Source: Candidatus Ratteibacteria bacterium
GTDB taxonomy: Bacteria; Ratteibacteria; UBA8468; B48-G9; DTJG01
DNA: 28,697 nucleotides
Direction: 5' to 3'
Assembly: GCA_049971295.1 (NCBI GenBank)
Contig: JBMFLH010000020.1
Location: 1-28,697, forward strand
Shown: one piece after another, positions 7,458-17,660 of the stretch
How positions within the stretch are numbered: position 1 is the stretch's first letter
Layout: each line of letters begins with the position of its first letter
Program-made: the position numbers and the translations under genes
Notes under the pieces: model-generated
Told to the model about the DNA's origin: nothing
Database searches by the model: none
The model's input: the letters and a program-made list of their open reading frames with translations, nothing else

Positions 7458-8570
7458 TCAAGTATTGGATAGCTTCTGTTTGTACTTTGTTACCTCAGGA
7501 TAATTTCTTTCATCTTCAATAGATTTCAACTGTTCCCAGAGCCGCCTTTCTTCGCGTGAGATGGCCCTGGGTATCACGACCCGAAGAACAACGAAAAGGT
7601 GTCCTCTTGTAGAACCACGTGGTACACCAAGATTTTTTAATCTCAGAATTGTTCCATCCTGAGTACCAGGAGATACCTTTGCCTTCACTTTGCCGGTTAA
7701 TGTTGGAATTTCGATTTCTCTACCGAGAACCGCTGTTGTCACAGTAATAGGGACCTCGCAATAAAGGTCATATCCTTTTCTGGTAAAAAAATCATCCTGT
7801 TCAACGAAAACCGTAACATAAAGATCCCCGCGACTACCCCCTCTGATACCAGCATGCCCCATTCCCTTTAACCGGAGAGATGTTCCATGTTCTATTCCAG
7901 CAGGAATTTTGACATTAATTTTGTGCATTACCCTGATTCTTCCTGTTCCACGACAGTTCATACATGGGTCAGGTATGACTGTTCCCTGTCCATGACACCT
8001 GGGACATACCTGGCTAATTGTGATAAACCCCTGCTGATATATTACCTTACCAGTCCCATGACATTGCAAGCATTCCACATCTGATTTCTTGCTCTTGCTA
8101 CCTGTACCATTGCACACAGGACAGTGCTCATACACAGAAACATTGATCGTGCGTTCTGTTCCTTTTACTGCATCTCTCAAAGGAATTGAAATGCGCATTT
8201 CAACATCTTCACCGCGGTTGGGGTGTTGCTGTTGTTCTCTGGCAAAAATATCTGAAAAGAAATCACTGAAAAAATCTCCAAACAGGTCAGAAAAATCCAT
8301 CCTGACTCTTCCAATATCTTGTCTCCAGTCAAAACCCTGTGGACCGAAGCCAGCATGACCAAACTGATCATAGGTTTTTCTCTTTTCAGGGTCGCTCAAC
8401 ACTTCATATGCCTCAGTAATTTCCTTAAACTTCTCTTCTGCTTCTTTATTTCCTGGATTTCTGTCAGGATGATACTTAAGAGCCAGTTCCCTGTAAGCCT
8501 TTTTTATTTCATCAATGGTTGCATTCTTGCTAACACCGAGAATTTCGTAATAATCCCTTTTTTCTGCCAT
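7458..8570 (-). CDS. dnaJ: Molecular chaperone DnaJ
   Basis: J-domain with HPD, four CxxCxGxG zinc-finger repeats, C-terminal substrate-binding domains. Confidence 0.97.
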   Translation of the reverse strand: MAEKRDYYEILGVSKNATIDEIKKAYRELALKYHPDRNPGNKEAEEKFKEITEAYEVLSDPEKRKTYDQFGHAGFGPQGFDWRQDIGRVRMDFSDLFGDFFSDFFSDIFAREQQQHPNRGEDVEMRISIPLRDAVKGTERTINVSVYEHCPVCNGTGSKSKKSDVECLQCHGTGKVIYQQGFITISQVCPRCHGQGTVIPDPCMNCRGTGRIRVMHKINVKIPAGIEHGTSLRLKGMGHAGIRGGSRGDLYVTVFVEQDDFFTRKGYDLYCEVPITVTTAVLGREIEIPTLTGKVKAKVSPGTQDGTILRLKNLGVPRGSTRGHLFVVLRVVIPRAISREERRLWEQLKSIEDERNYPEVTKYKQKLSNT

Positions 8571-8572
8571 GT

Positions 8573-9796
8573 TTATTCTTTCTCCATATTGATTCTGACA
8601 TATTCTTCAGTGAGATTACATCCCCAGGCAGTTGCACTTTCTATTCCTGCATTAAGACATACTGTAATCAGTACCTGTTTTTTTGATAGTTCTTTTCGAA
8701 TAATTGTTTCATCAATGTTACACGGTGCGCCATCAAATACATCATACTTTCCAATAGTGATTTTCATTTTCAGAGGATCAAACCTGCCACAAACAGAACC
8801 AGCTGCAGCAGCAATTCTTCCCCAGTTAGGCCAGGTTCCTGTCACAGCGGCTTTTACAAGATTTGAACCCGCAATTTTTTTCGCGATTCTTCTTGCATCC
8901 TTCTGAGACCATGCTCCATGGACCTGTACTTCAATTAACCTGTCAGAACCTTCTCCATTTTCTGCAATTTTTCTGGCGAGAAATAAACATGCCTCTGTTA
9001 ATGCTGTAGAAAATTTTTCGTAATCATCGGTATCCTGGTGTATTGTTCTATTCCCAGCCAGACCATTTGCCAGACAAACCACAAAATCGTTTGTGCTCTG
9101 GTCGTTATCCACTGTAATCATGTTAAAACTCTTATCAACTGCTTCTGACAGGGCTTTTTTCAATGCGCCTTTTGAAATCACAGCATCTGTTGTGATAAAA
9201 GCCAGCATTGTAGCCATATTCGGACATATCATGCCAGCGCCCTTTGCCATGCCACCGATGCGAACAAAGGTGTTTTTACAACGTGCCTGAATCTGTGTTT
9301 CAATCTCTATGTGCTTTGGAAATCTATCCGTGGTCATAATCGCTTCTGCAGCATCAATACCACCATCTTCGGATGCCTGATAAACAAGTTGCTCAATACC
9401 GGATGTAATTTTGTCTTCGGGAAGTAATTTACCTATGACACCAGTTGAAGCAAAAAGAACCTGCTCCAAATCCACACCCAACGCATCTGCAAATTTTCTC
9501 ATGATATTGCAGGTAATCTCCCAGCCATTATTTCCACCAAGAACGTTTGCATTCCCACTGTTTATGAGAATTGCTCGCACAGGATTGTTAATGTTTTTTA
9601 ATGCCCACAAAAGAGAATATGACTTGATCCTGTTTGTTGTGGAACATGCCGCGGCAATACAATCCTTTTCAGAAATAATCACCGCAAGATCCTTTCTGTC
9701 TTTTTTAATACCACAATTGATACCTGCTGCCCTGAAACCGCATGGAAAGCAAACCCCTGTTCTGATTTTCATGTTTTCCCTTTTCATAACACTCAA
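8573..9796 (-). CDS. argJ: Glutamate N-acetyltransferase / ornithine acetyltransferase
   Basis: [32 protein letters not shown] (autocleavage Thr), STND, NWGRI. The start could be a few codons downstream (ATG 9787 or 9772). Confidence 0.96.
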   Translation of the reverse strand: MSVMKRENMKIRTGVCFPCGFRAAGINCGIKKDRKDLAVIISEKDCIAAACSTTNRIKSYSLLWALKNINNPVRAILINSGNANVLGGNNGWEITCNIMRKFADALGVDLEQVLFASTGVIGKLLPEDKITSGIEQLVYQASEDGGIDAAEAIMTTDRFPKHIEIETQIQARCKNTFVRIGGMAKGAGMICPNMATMLAFITTDAVISKGALKKALSEAVDKSFNMITVDNDQSTNDFVVCLANGLAGNRTIHQDTDDYEKFSTALTEACLFLARKIAENGEGSDRLIEVQVHGAWSQKDARRIAKKIAGSNLVKAAVTGTWPNWGRIAAAAGSVCGRFDPLKMKITIGKYDVFDGAPCNIDETIIRKELSKKQVLITVCLNAGIESATAWGCNLTEEYVRINMEKE

Positions 9797-10476
9797 ACGG
9801 AATTTGTTTTGAGCAATGAAAGTGCAATTTTTATGTCATCATGAGTTGTAATTTTTATGTTTGTGATTTCACCGGGGACAACACGCACGTTGATACCTGA
9901 TTGCTCGCACATTGAGGATTCATCTGGATATTTGTCTAATTCATTTTTGTATGTCAGAAAAATCTTTTTAAGTATTTCTCTTTTGAATCCCTGAGGAGTT
10001 TGTGCAACTTGCAGGGCCGTTTCAAAAATCGTACTAACAAGTTTACTGTCTTTTACAATCTTGACCGAACCATTGACAGGGTATGCAGGAATACACGCAC
10101 CATATTTTTCTGCACCTTTTATTACACTGGCTATCAGAGATTCTGTTACAAATGGCCTTGCGCCATCATGAACCAGTATAGTATCACAACTCGTTGAGCA
10201 GTGGGAAATTCCGTTAAATACTGATTCTTCTCTGTACATACCACCGGGAACAATTTTTTTGATTTTTGGAAAAGTGGCCCTCCACTTCACGATATAATCA
10301 GTTCCCATAATCTGTTTGTGGACAACCAGAACAATTTCGTCTATTAACGGACATACTGAAAATGCTCTGAGGCTGTATTCAATAACAGGATTTCCCCCCA
10401 GATTGAATAATATCTTGGGAACCCTGCTTTTGAAACGATTCCCTACGCCTGCAGCAACAATCACGCATCCTGTCAT
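9793..10476 (-). CDS. ispD: 2-C-methyl-D-erythritol 4-phosphate cytidylyltransferase
   Basis: AAG.G.R...PK, R..SV..G, VHDGARPF, QTPQGF, NIKITT.DD; radA-yacL-ispD synteny. Confidence 0.93.
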   Translation of the reverse strand: MTGCVIVAAGVGNRFKSRVPKILFNLGGNPVIEYSLRAFSVCPLIDEIVLVVHKQIMGTDYIVKWRATFPKIKKIVPGGMYREESVFNGISHCSTSCDTILVHDGARPFVTESLIASVIKGAEKYGACIPAYPVNGSVKIVKDSKLVSTIFETALQVAQTPQGFKREILKKIFLTYKNELDKYPDESSMCEQSGINVRVVPGEITNIKITTHDDIKIALSLLKTNSV

Positions 10477-11444
10477 TTTAGCTTGGCAAAAATGATACGA
10501 CCACTCACTGTCTGAATAGTACTATCAATAATGGTTTCAACTGTTTTTCCAATATATTTTGCGCCATTTTCAATCACAACCATTGTGCCATCTTCAAGAT
10601 AACCCACGCCCTGACCATGTTCTTTGCCTTCCCTGATAACCTTCAATTGCAGGGTTTCTCCTGCCATCAGTTTGGCCCTCATTAATGTCGCAAGATTATG
10701 GAGATTCAACACCTTGACATTTTTTACCTCAGCAACTTTTGTAAGGTTGAAATCATTGGTTAAAATCCTAGCGCCAATTGAGGACGCAAGTTTCACAAGC
10801 TTCGCATCAACTCCCTCAATGTCAGGATAATCCACATCATAAATTTTTACATCAAGATTACTATCATTTCTCATTTTATTCAAGGTATCAAGTCCCCGCC
10901 TTCCACGCTGCCTTTTCATCTCACTCGCAGAATCTGCCAAATCCTGAAGTTCCCGAATGATAAAAGTAGGAATCACAATGGTGCCTTCAATAAAGCCGCT
11001 TGTGGCAAGTTCATATACTCTGCCATCTATTGCCACACTACTGTCAATAACTATGGGTCTCATCGCTTCAGCTTTGAACTGGTGAAGATTCGGAAATAGA
11101 AATCCAAGTTCGCCAACCCCTCTGATGCCAATCATGATGCCAAGATAACTGAAAATAAAATACAGAACAAACCTGACACCATCTTCCTGTCTGGTAGAAG
11201 CAAAAGGAACGAGCAAAACAAAATTCGCAATCAAAATGGCTGTTACCAAACCAACAATCAATCCAATCACACCCATGATAAACTTTCTAAATGGGATCTT
11301 CTGCATCAAAAGTTCAACTCCAACAACAATCAAACCTCCTACCAACCCTGCGAGAACACCGTTCAATTTGTTCTCAACCCAGAAAACAGAACCAGCAAAG
11401 GCACTGATTAGAACAAAGGTGGCTCTGATAAAATAAAGTCCCAT
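10473..11444 (-). CDS. Membrane-anchored PIN/TRAM domain protein (YacL-like)
   Basis: N-terminal TM helices, PIN motifs DSSVAIDGR, ELQ..AD, RGRRGLD, TNDFNL, TRAM motif GKE..QGVGYLEDGTMVVIE; SD GGAGGTG. Confidence 0.93.
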   Translation of the reverse strand: MGLYFIRATFVLISAFAGSVFWVENKLNGVLAGLVGGLIVVGVELLMQKIPFRKFIMGVIGLIVGLVTAILIANFVLLVPFASTRQEDGVRFVLYFIFSYLGIMIGIRGVGELGFLFPNLHQFKAEAMRPIVIDSSVAIDGRVYELATSGFIEGTIVIPTFIIRELQDLADSASEMKRQRGRRGLDTLNKMRNDSNLDVKIYDVDYPDIEGVDAKLVKLASSIGARILTNDFNLTKVAEVKNVKVLNLHNLATLMRAKLMAGETLQLKVIREGKEHGQGVGYLEDGTMVVIENGAKYIGKTVETIIDSTIQTVSGRIIFAKLK

Positions 11445-11477
11445 TTTTCACCTCCTGAAATAGTTTTTTTTAGAATT

Positions 11478-11507
11478 ATTATACCCCAAAGTTGTTTAAA
11501 TGTTCAA
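11478..11507 (-). promoter_or_regulatory. Internal sigma70-type promoter upstream of the PIN/TRAM gene
   Basis: TTGAAC (11507-11502), 18-nt spacer, TATAAT (11483-11478), in one of the few real gaps of the gene run. Confidence 0.6.
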
Positions 11508-12856
11508 TCTTTTCCAAACGCAAGAGAAGAAACCTCTCCCAGCCAACTTACCTCAATAATTCTCATTCCGGGGTATGAACCAATTTCAGATCCCTTCGGG
11601 ATGAATGCCTGCCTGAAACCAAGTCGAGAGGATTCCTTCAGGCGGGATACAGTATGCTGAACCGGTCTGATTTCGCCTGTCAGTGCGATTTCACCAATAA
11701 AAACAGTGTCAGAAACAGCAGGAATTTCTTTGCATGACGAAATTGACGCTACGGCAATGGCAAGGTCAACGCCAGGTTCAGAAATTTTTAATCCACCGGC
11801 AACATTGAAATAGATATCGCTCGAAGCAAGATTTATACGAAGCTTCTTTTCAATCACTGCCAGCACAAGATTTACCCTGTTGTAATCGAGCCCTGTAAAT
11901 GTTCTTCGTGGAACACCGAGATAACTCGGAGTGATCAAACTTTGAATTTCCAGCAGGATTGTCCGTTTACCCTCCTGGGCAGGAAAAACAACAAGTCCTG
12001 GTTGATTAACGGAACTATTGGAAAGAAACAATCTGGCCGAATCTGGAACCTCCACCAATCCGTGCTCATCCATTCTAAAAACACCAATTTCGTCGGTTGA
12101 CCCGAATCTATTCTTAATGCCTCTCAGAATCCTGAGATTTGATAGTTTATCTCCTTCAAAATACAGAACAACATCAACAAGATGTTCAAGAATTTTTGGT
12201 CCGGCAATACTGCCTTCCTTTGTAATATGCCCGATCAGAAAAACGGGACACCCATGTTTTTTTGCCCATTCTATGAAAAATTGAGCAGTTCGTCTTACCT
12301 GAAAAATTGAACCGTAAGGATAATCAAATTCTGAGTCATAAATCATCTGAATGGAATCAACAATCACGACAGCCGGATTAATCGTTTCCAGGGCATCGCT
12401 GGCTGTTTTTATTTCATTTTCAGAAAGAAAAAAAAGCCACTCGGTATTTTTGACGCCAAGCCGTCCAGCGCGCATTGCCAGTTGATTGAGAGATTCTTCA
12501 GCCGAAATGTAAAGTACTTTCTTCCCCTGTTCTGAAAGTTTTGAAGCAGCAATCAGCACGAGAGTGGATTTTCCTATCCCTGGTTCTCCTGCGAGAAGAA
12601 TCACGCTGCCACTAACAATGCCACCACCCAGAACCCTGTCAAGTTCGCCTATTCCAACCCGTACTCTGACGCTTTCGCCAATTGTTATTTCATTCAAGGA
12701 TACTGGTTTTTGCCTTTCATAAACGGCTACATCATGATGGGATATCATCTCTTGATGAAAAGAATTCCACGCTCCACAGGATGGACATTTCCCAAGCCAT
12801 CTCACTGAAGTATATCCACATTCTTGGCAGGAAAAAATTTTCTTTTCTTTTGTCAT
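11504..12856 (-). CDS. radA: DNA repair protein RadA/Sms
   Basis: C4 zinc finger CQECG..CPSC, Walker A GEPGIGKST, KNRFG motif, Lon-like C-terminus. Confidence 0.98.
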   Translation of the reverse strand: MTKEKKIFSCQECGYTSVRWLGKCPSCGAWNSFHQEMISHHDVAVYERQKPVSLNEITIGESVRVRVGIGELDRVLGGGIVSGSVILLAGEPGIGKSTLVLIAASKLSEQGKKVLYISAEESLNQLAMRAGRLGVKNTEWLFFLSENEIKTASDALETINPAVVIVDSIQMIYDSEFDYPYGSIFQVRRTAQFFIEWAKKHGCPVFLIGHITKEGSIAGPKILEHLVDVVLYFEGDKLSNLRILRGIKNRFGSTDEIGVFRMDEHGLVEVPDSARLFLSNSSVNQPGLVVFPAQEGKRTILLEIQSLITPSYLGVPRRTFTGLDYNRVNLVLAVIEKKLRINLASSDIYFNVAGGLKISEPGVDLAIAVASISSCKEIPAVSDTVFIGEIALTGEIRPVQHTVSRLKESSRLGFRQAFIPKGSEIGSYPGMRIIEVSWLGEVSSLAFGKD

Positions 12857-12857
12857 A

Positions 12858-14009
12858 TTATCTTCCTCTGAAAAGAATTTTCCATGGATGTGCCTTCAAA
12901 TCCTGAACCATGTCAAAAATTTGATTATATAGTTCATCTTTTGCAACAAGTTTTCCAATAGTTCCTTTTCCAGCTCGAATGTCTGTTAGAATCCCTGATA
13001 ATTGCTCACTTGCATATCCCAATCTTGTAAAGGCGATATCAATGTCCATAGAGGTCTGTTTCAAGCTTTTTATTGTAGATCTGACATCGTTTGCAATCTC
13101 AGTATCAGAAATCAGGTCAGCGAAAAGTCCCTGATTCTCTAATCTGTCAATCAGATTATTAATTCTGTTTCCTGTTTTTACAAATGTCTGGCTGACATCT
13201 TTGATACTGGTTGAAAATTCTGTCATTGCGCTTTCCAATTTACCTGTTGATTGGTCAAGATTTGAAATAATGTGATTAATTCTGTCACTATTTGAAAGAA
13301 CAATTCTGTTAATTTCCTGAGATGATGATTTCGCATTGACAATAAGGTCAGTAAGTTCGGGCCTGACATCTGCAATAGTTTTGTTAAGCTCCAGAGATGT
13401 TGTATTCCAGTTTGAGGCAAGCATATTGATATTGTCAATTGCAAGTGATGCTTTCAGAAGAACTTCATTTGTTCCTTTCACAACCTGATGCAATTGCTCT
13501 TTTAATTTTTCGTCTCTGGTAATACTGTTCAAAGAAACAAGTACACTGTTTAAGTTCTTGAGAATATCTTCTCCTGCGCTGAGAAATCTTTCAAGGGGAA
13601 GAGGATCCTCTCCCAACAAAGTTTCCCCTGGTTCTATCAATGGGGTATCCTTCAAACCAGTTGATAAGATTTCTAAATATTTTTCGCCAATAATGCCATA
13701 ATTTCTCACCATAAATCTGCTATGTCTTCCCAGTCGAATTTCTGATTTTATACGAATGGCAACAATAATTCTTGGACGGTCCTGCTCCATAACAAGGTCA
13801 ATATTTCTCACTTCTCCAACTTTGTAACCACTCACTCTTACAGGTGCTCCGGGATCAAGCCCGCCCACATAGTTAAAAGCAACCTTCAGTTCATACCCTC
13901 TTCCACGAAGAATTTTGTCCTGTGAAAAGACGAATACAAAGAATATAATTAAACCAAGGAAAATAAACAATCCTACCCTGAATTGTAAATTAAAACTTTT
14001 CGTTTTCAT
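12858..14009 (-). CDS. MCE/MlaD family protein with long helical C-terminal region
   Basis: N-terminal TM (RVGLFIFLG), MCE domain GL..GAPVRVSG.KVGEV, GIIGEKYLEI, long amphipathic helical region with GKGTIGKL. Confidence 0.92.
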   Translation of the reverse strand: MKTKSFNLQFRVGLFIFLGLIIFFVFVFSQDKILRGRGYELKVAFNYVGGLDPGAPVRVSGYKVGEVRNIDLVMEQDRPRIIVAIRIKSEIRLGRHSRFMVRNYGIIGEKYLEILSTGLKDTPLIEPGETLLGEDPLPLERFLSAGEDILKNLNSVLVSLNSITRDEKLKEQLHQVVKGTNEVLLKASLAIDNINMLASNWNTTSLELNKTIADVRPELTDLIVNAKSSSQEINRIVLSNSDRINHIISNLDQSTGKLESAMTEFSTSIKDVSQTFVKTGNRINNLIDRLENQGLFADLISDTEIANDVRSTIKSLKQTSMDIDIAFTRLGYASEQLSGILTDIRAGKGTIGKLVAKDELYNQIFDMVQDLKAHPWKILFRGR

Positions 14010-14739
14010 AGACGGCTCCGATATTTAGAAAATATTTGACAAATTCATTTTTGGAATAAAGAAGTTGTTCCCATGTTCCTGTTTCGATAATTTTCCCTTC
14101 GTTAATCACAGCAATTTTGTCAGCGAGATGTCTGGCAATTGAAAGGTCATGCGTTACGATTAGGTCAGTTGTTTTAAATTCCCTGTGGATTTTCTTCATC
14201 AATTTCGTAATACTGGTAGACGTGATCACATCAAGCCCTGCCGTGGGTTCATCATAAAAAAGAATCTCTGGTTCACCTATCAGTGCCCTTGCTATTCCCA
14301 CCCTTTTTCGCATTCCCCCACTCAATTCATCTGGCATTTTATCCAGTACATCCGACAATCCCACTGCAAACAGAATCTGTTCTGCTCTCCTGCGAACTTC
14401 TTGTTCGGGTAATCTCAAAAATTCAAGAAGATAAAAACCGACATTTTCCCACACACTCATTGAATCAAAAAGTGCTGCGGATTGAAACACCATCCCTGTT
14501 TTCTTCCTTAATTGAAGCAATTCTTCTCTGGAAATATTAAACATGTCTTTTCCCAGCACAATCAGTTTACCATCAGATGGAGTGAGCAAACCAAGAAGGG
14601 TTTTGAGCAACACTGTTTTACCGGAACCTGATGGACCAAGAATAACAACCGTTTCGTTCTCACCAACATTCAAACTAATTTCCTTCAGAATTTCTCTTTC
14701 CTTCAAAGTTACATAAAGATTTTCAATTTCTATGACCAT
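13990..14739 (-). CDS. mlaF: MlaF/Mkl-family ABC transporter ATP-binding protein
   Basis: GPSGSGKT, GMVFQSAALFDSM, LSGGMRKRVGIARA, YDEPTAGLD, VTHD; start taken as ATG 14739 just after the mlaE stop. Confidence 0.93.
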   Translation of the reverse strand: MVIEIENLYVTLKEREILKEISLNVGENETVVILGPSGSGKTVLLKTLLGLLTPSDGKLIVLGKDMFNISREELLQLRKKTGMVFQSAALFDSMSVWENVGFYLLEFLRLPEQEVRRRAEQILFAVGLSDVLDKMPDELSGGMRKRVGIARALIGEPEILFYDEPTAGLDVITSTSITKLMKKIHREFKTTDLIVTHDLSIARHLADKIAVINEGKIIETGTWEQLLYSKNEFVKYFLNIGAVYENEKF

Positions 14740-14740
14740 G

Positions 14741-15520
14741 TTATAAAAAATAAAAAATTGCTGTGAGAACAAGATTTGCAAGAATTACAAGAAAAAAAGC
14801 ATGAACAACTGCTCTTGTGGTTGAAATTCCAACGCCTTCTGCGCCTCCGGATGTCTTTAATCCTTCAAGACAGGACGCCCCTGTGATAAGAATGCCAAAA
14901 ATGAATGCTTTAACAACCCCCACGAATATATCCCTGAGTTTGATAAATTCAAAACTCTGATACAGATACACTCCTGATGTAATATGAACAAGATATACAG
15001 CAATGATATAACCACCAACAATACTTAAAAAGTTCGCCATAATTGTTAATATCGGAACCATCACTATGGAAGCAAGCAAACGCGGAGTTACAAGATAAGA
15101 TATAGGGTCAACCCCAAAGACTTCAAGGGCGTCAATCTGTTCTGTGATTTTCATGCTGCCGATTTCTGCTGCAACCGAAGCACCAACCCTTCCTGCGACA
15201 ATCAGGGCGACAATAATGGGCCCAAGTTCCCGTACCATCGAAACACTCACAATACCACCCACATAACTTTCACCACCAAATTTTTTCAATGTCACAGCAG
15301 TTTCCATTACCATAACCATGCCTGTAAATGTGGCAATGATTCCGACCAGTGGAAATGACTCAATTCCAATTCTTGCCATCTGTTCAAACAAGATCTTTTT
15401 TCTTCTGAAACCATCAGTAAAAATTTTCTTAATTGCGCTGGCAATGATAAATGTGATTTCGCCAAGATAAAAAATGGCTTCGAGGGCAAGTTTTCCAAGA
15501 GAATCTATAAATCCAATCAT
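14741..15520 (-). CDS. mlaE: MlaE-family ABC transporter permease
   Basis: RELGP, AGRVGA..AAEIGSMKITEQIDALE..G.DP..YLV.PR, GGAEGVG..TT.AVV. Confidence 0.96.
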   Translation of the reverse strand: MIGFIDSLGKLALEAIFYLGEITFIIASAIKKIFTDGFRRKKILFEQMARIGIESFPLVGIIATFTGMVMVMETAVTLKKFGGESYVGGIVSVSMVRELGPIIVALIVAGRVGASVAAEIGSMKITEQIDALEVFGVDPISYLVTPRLLASIVMVPILTIMANFLSIVGGYIIAVYLVHITSGVYLYQSFEFIKLRDIFVGVVKAFIFGILITGASCLEGLKTSGGAEGVGISTTRAVVHAFFLVILANLVLTAIFYFL

Positions 15521-16869
15521 GTTGGCTGTCTTTTAGAACAGTTTTCAAATCTTAAACAGTTTTTCAAAAATGTGAGTTGAATCCGATCAGTTGGACCGTT
15601 TCTGTGTTTCGCGATAATAATATCTGTCAACCCCTTTGTTTCCTCGGACTCGTCATATTGTTCGTCTCTGTGAATAAAGATCACCAGATCGGCATCCTGT
15701 TCGATGGAACCGCTTTCTCTGAGATCAGCAAGAACAGGTCTTTTATCCTCTCTTCTTTCTATTAACCTGTTCATCTGTGAAAGTGCTATCACAGGAATTG
15801 AAAGTTCCTTTGCCATTGCCTTCAACGATGCTGAAATATCAGTAATTTCCTGTTGCCTATTTTCGTATCTCCCTCTGCCCCTCATTAATTGAAGATAATC
15901 AATAACCACAAGTTGAATGTTTTCTCTTGATTTTAATCTCCGCGCTCTTGCTCTTACTTCAAATATAGAAAGCGCAGGCGTGTCGTCAATAAAAATCGGC
16001 GCCTTTTCAAGAATTCCTGCTGCCTGAATCAACTTGCCCATTTCACGATCTGAAAGAATTCCTTTTCTCATAGAGGTTGAATCAATTCGAGCTTCCGAAC
16101 ACAACATTCTCTGAACAAGTTGTTCTTTTGACATTTCAAGGCTGAAAATTAGAACCGGTATGTTTTGAGTAACTGCAAGATTCTGAGCGATGTTGCAGGC
16201 AAAAGCGGTCTTTCCCATTGAAGGTCTGGCTGCAATTATGATAAAATCAGATTTCTGGAAACCCAATGTAAGATTATCAAGGTCTATGTATCCGCTCGGC
16301 AGTCCTGTCACATGCTTCTGTCTTGCGTGGATTTTCTCAAAAAGATCCAGATTTTCTTTTACAAGCTTTGATATCGGGTATGCTTCCCTTGCATTCATGT
16401 GTTCTGACACATCAAAAATCATGGATTCAGCGCTATCAAGCAAGCCATCAACATCCTGTGTGCAGGCGTATGCTTCTGAGACAATTTTCGTGGAAACATT
16501 GATCAGGGATCGTAGAACAAATTTATCGCGTACAATCTTTGCATAGTCCTCGATATGTGCTGCCGTAGGAACAAAGTCAAATAGAGATGTCAGGTATGAT
16601 ATTCCGCCCACTTGTTCAATTTTGTCTGTTTCTTTCAGGTAATTTGTCAGTGTAATGATGTTGCATTTGATATTTTTCTCGAAAAGGTCCTGAATCGCAT
16701 TAAAAATTAACTGATGACGGTTGTCATAAAAAAATTCTTTTCTAATGATTTCAAGTCCCCTAATCAGAGCATCCTCTTCAAGAAGCATTGATGCAAGAAG
16801 GGCCCTTTCTGCCTCGATATTTTGAGGTGGCACCTGTCCGTTAACAGGTAAACTCTTTTTTTTAGCCAT
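15517..16869 (-). CDS. dnaB: Replicative DNA helicase
   Basis: PPQNIEAE, AARPSMGKT, FSLEMS, IDYLQLM, LSQMNR, DLRESGSIEQDAD, KHRNGPT; no intein. Start taken as ATG 16869. Confidence 0.98.
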   Translation of the reverse strand: MAKKKSLPVNGQVPPQNIEAERALLASMLLEEDALIRGLEIIRKEFFYDNRHQLIFNAIQDLFEKNIKCNIITLTNYLKETDKIEQVGGISYLTSLFDFVPTAAHIEDYAKIVRDKFVLRSLINVSTKIVSEAYACTQDVDGLLDSAESMIFDVSEHMNAREAYPISKLVKENLDLFEKIHARQKHVTGLPSGYIDLDNLTLGFQKSDFIIIAARPSMGKTAFACNIAQNLAVTQNIPVLIFSLEMSKEQLVQRMLCSEARIDSTSMRKGILSDREMGKLIQAAGILEKAPIFIDDTPALSIFEVRARARRLKSRENIQLVVIDYLQLMRGRGRYENRQQEITDISASLKAMAKELSIPVIALSQMNRLIERREDKRPVLADLRESGSIEQDADLVIFIHRDEQYDESEETKGLTDIIIAKHRNGPTDRIQLTFLKNCLRFENCSKRQPT

Positions 16870-16932
16870 GAGTCCTACCGACAATAGAGCGGGGCAAATT
16901 CATATCCACCGGTTTAATGACCGTTTAATATG

Positions 16933-17391
16933 TTACGTGGTTTCCTGTTTCTGTACAACCCAGACCTTTAATTCCGCGTTTATTTCTCCGATGAGGTGTA
17001 TTGGAATCTTATAGATACCCAGCTTTTTGATGGGCTCTTCAAGATGAATTTGATGCCTATCTATCTCAATATCATGCTGGTTTTTCAAAGAAATTACTAT
17101 ATCCTCTGCAGTAACTGAGCCAAATAATTTTTCTTCTTCGCCAGCATTGGCTTCAATCGTAATTGATATCTTGTTTAACTTTTTCTGAAGCGCCTCTGCT
17201 TCCTTCAATAGCTTTTCTTTCTTTATTGCTGCTGCTCGCTTAATTTCTTCAATCTTTTTAATATTTTTTTCGTTTGCCTCGAGTGCAAGCCCTTTCGGAA
17301 TAAGATAATTTCTTGCGTAACCGTTTCGTACCTCACATATCTGTCCTTCCTGCCCGAGACCTTTAACATCTTTTGTAAGAATAATTTTCAT
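16933..17391 (-). CDS. rplI: 50S ribosomal protein L9
   Basis: MKIILTKDV.GLG..G, GYARNYLIPKG, KLFGSVT, PIK.LG; SD AAGGAG before ATG 17391. Confidence 0.98.
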   Translation of the reverse strand: MKIILTKDVKGLGQEGQICEVRNGYARNYLIPKGLALEANEKNIKKIEEIKRAAAIKKEKLLKEAEALQKKLNKISITIEANAGEEEKLFGSVTAEDIVISLKNQHDIEIDRHQIHLEEPIKKLGIYKIPIHLIGEINAELKVWVVQKQETT

Positions 17392-17402
17392 TATTCTGCT
17401 CC

Positions 17403-17660
17403 TTAAACCTGAATATATGGAAGAAGAGCCATATATCTGGCACGTTTGATTGCTTTTGCAAGGGACCTTTGATGTCGCGCACAAACACCAGTCAATTTTG
17501 AAGACAAGATCTTTCCCCGTCCGCTCATATATCTTCTTATCCTACCAACATCTTTGTAATCAATTTCATGTATTTTGTCTTCGCAGAACTTACAGCCCTT
17601 TGCCCGTTTCTTCTTCCTGATTGTCCGTTTCTTCTTTGAATCCTTCGTCTTTTGTTCCAT
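17403..17660 (-). CDS. rpsR: 30S ribosomal protein S18 (zinc-binding CxxC form)
   Basis: [43 protein letters not shown]. Confidence 0.97.
   Translation of the reverse strand: MEQKTKDSKKKRTIRKKKRAKGCKFCEDKIHEIDYKDVGRIRRYMSGRGKILSSKLTGVCARHQRSLAKAIKRARYMALLPYIQV

Noticed and set aside
16870..16932. Short imperfect tandem repeat (ATTAAACGGT / ATTAAACCGGT on the minus strand) and a DnaA-box-like ATATCCACC upstream of dnaB
   Set aside because: Only two short copies, and the box has two mismatches and stands alone; not distinguishable from chance.
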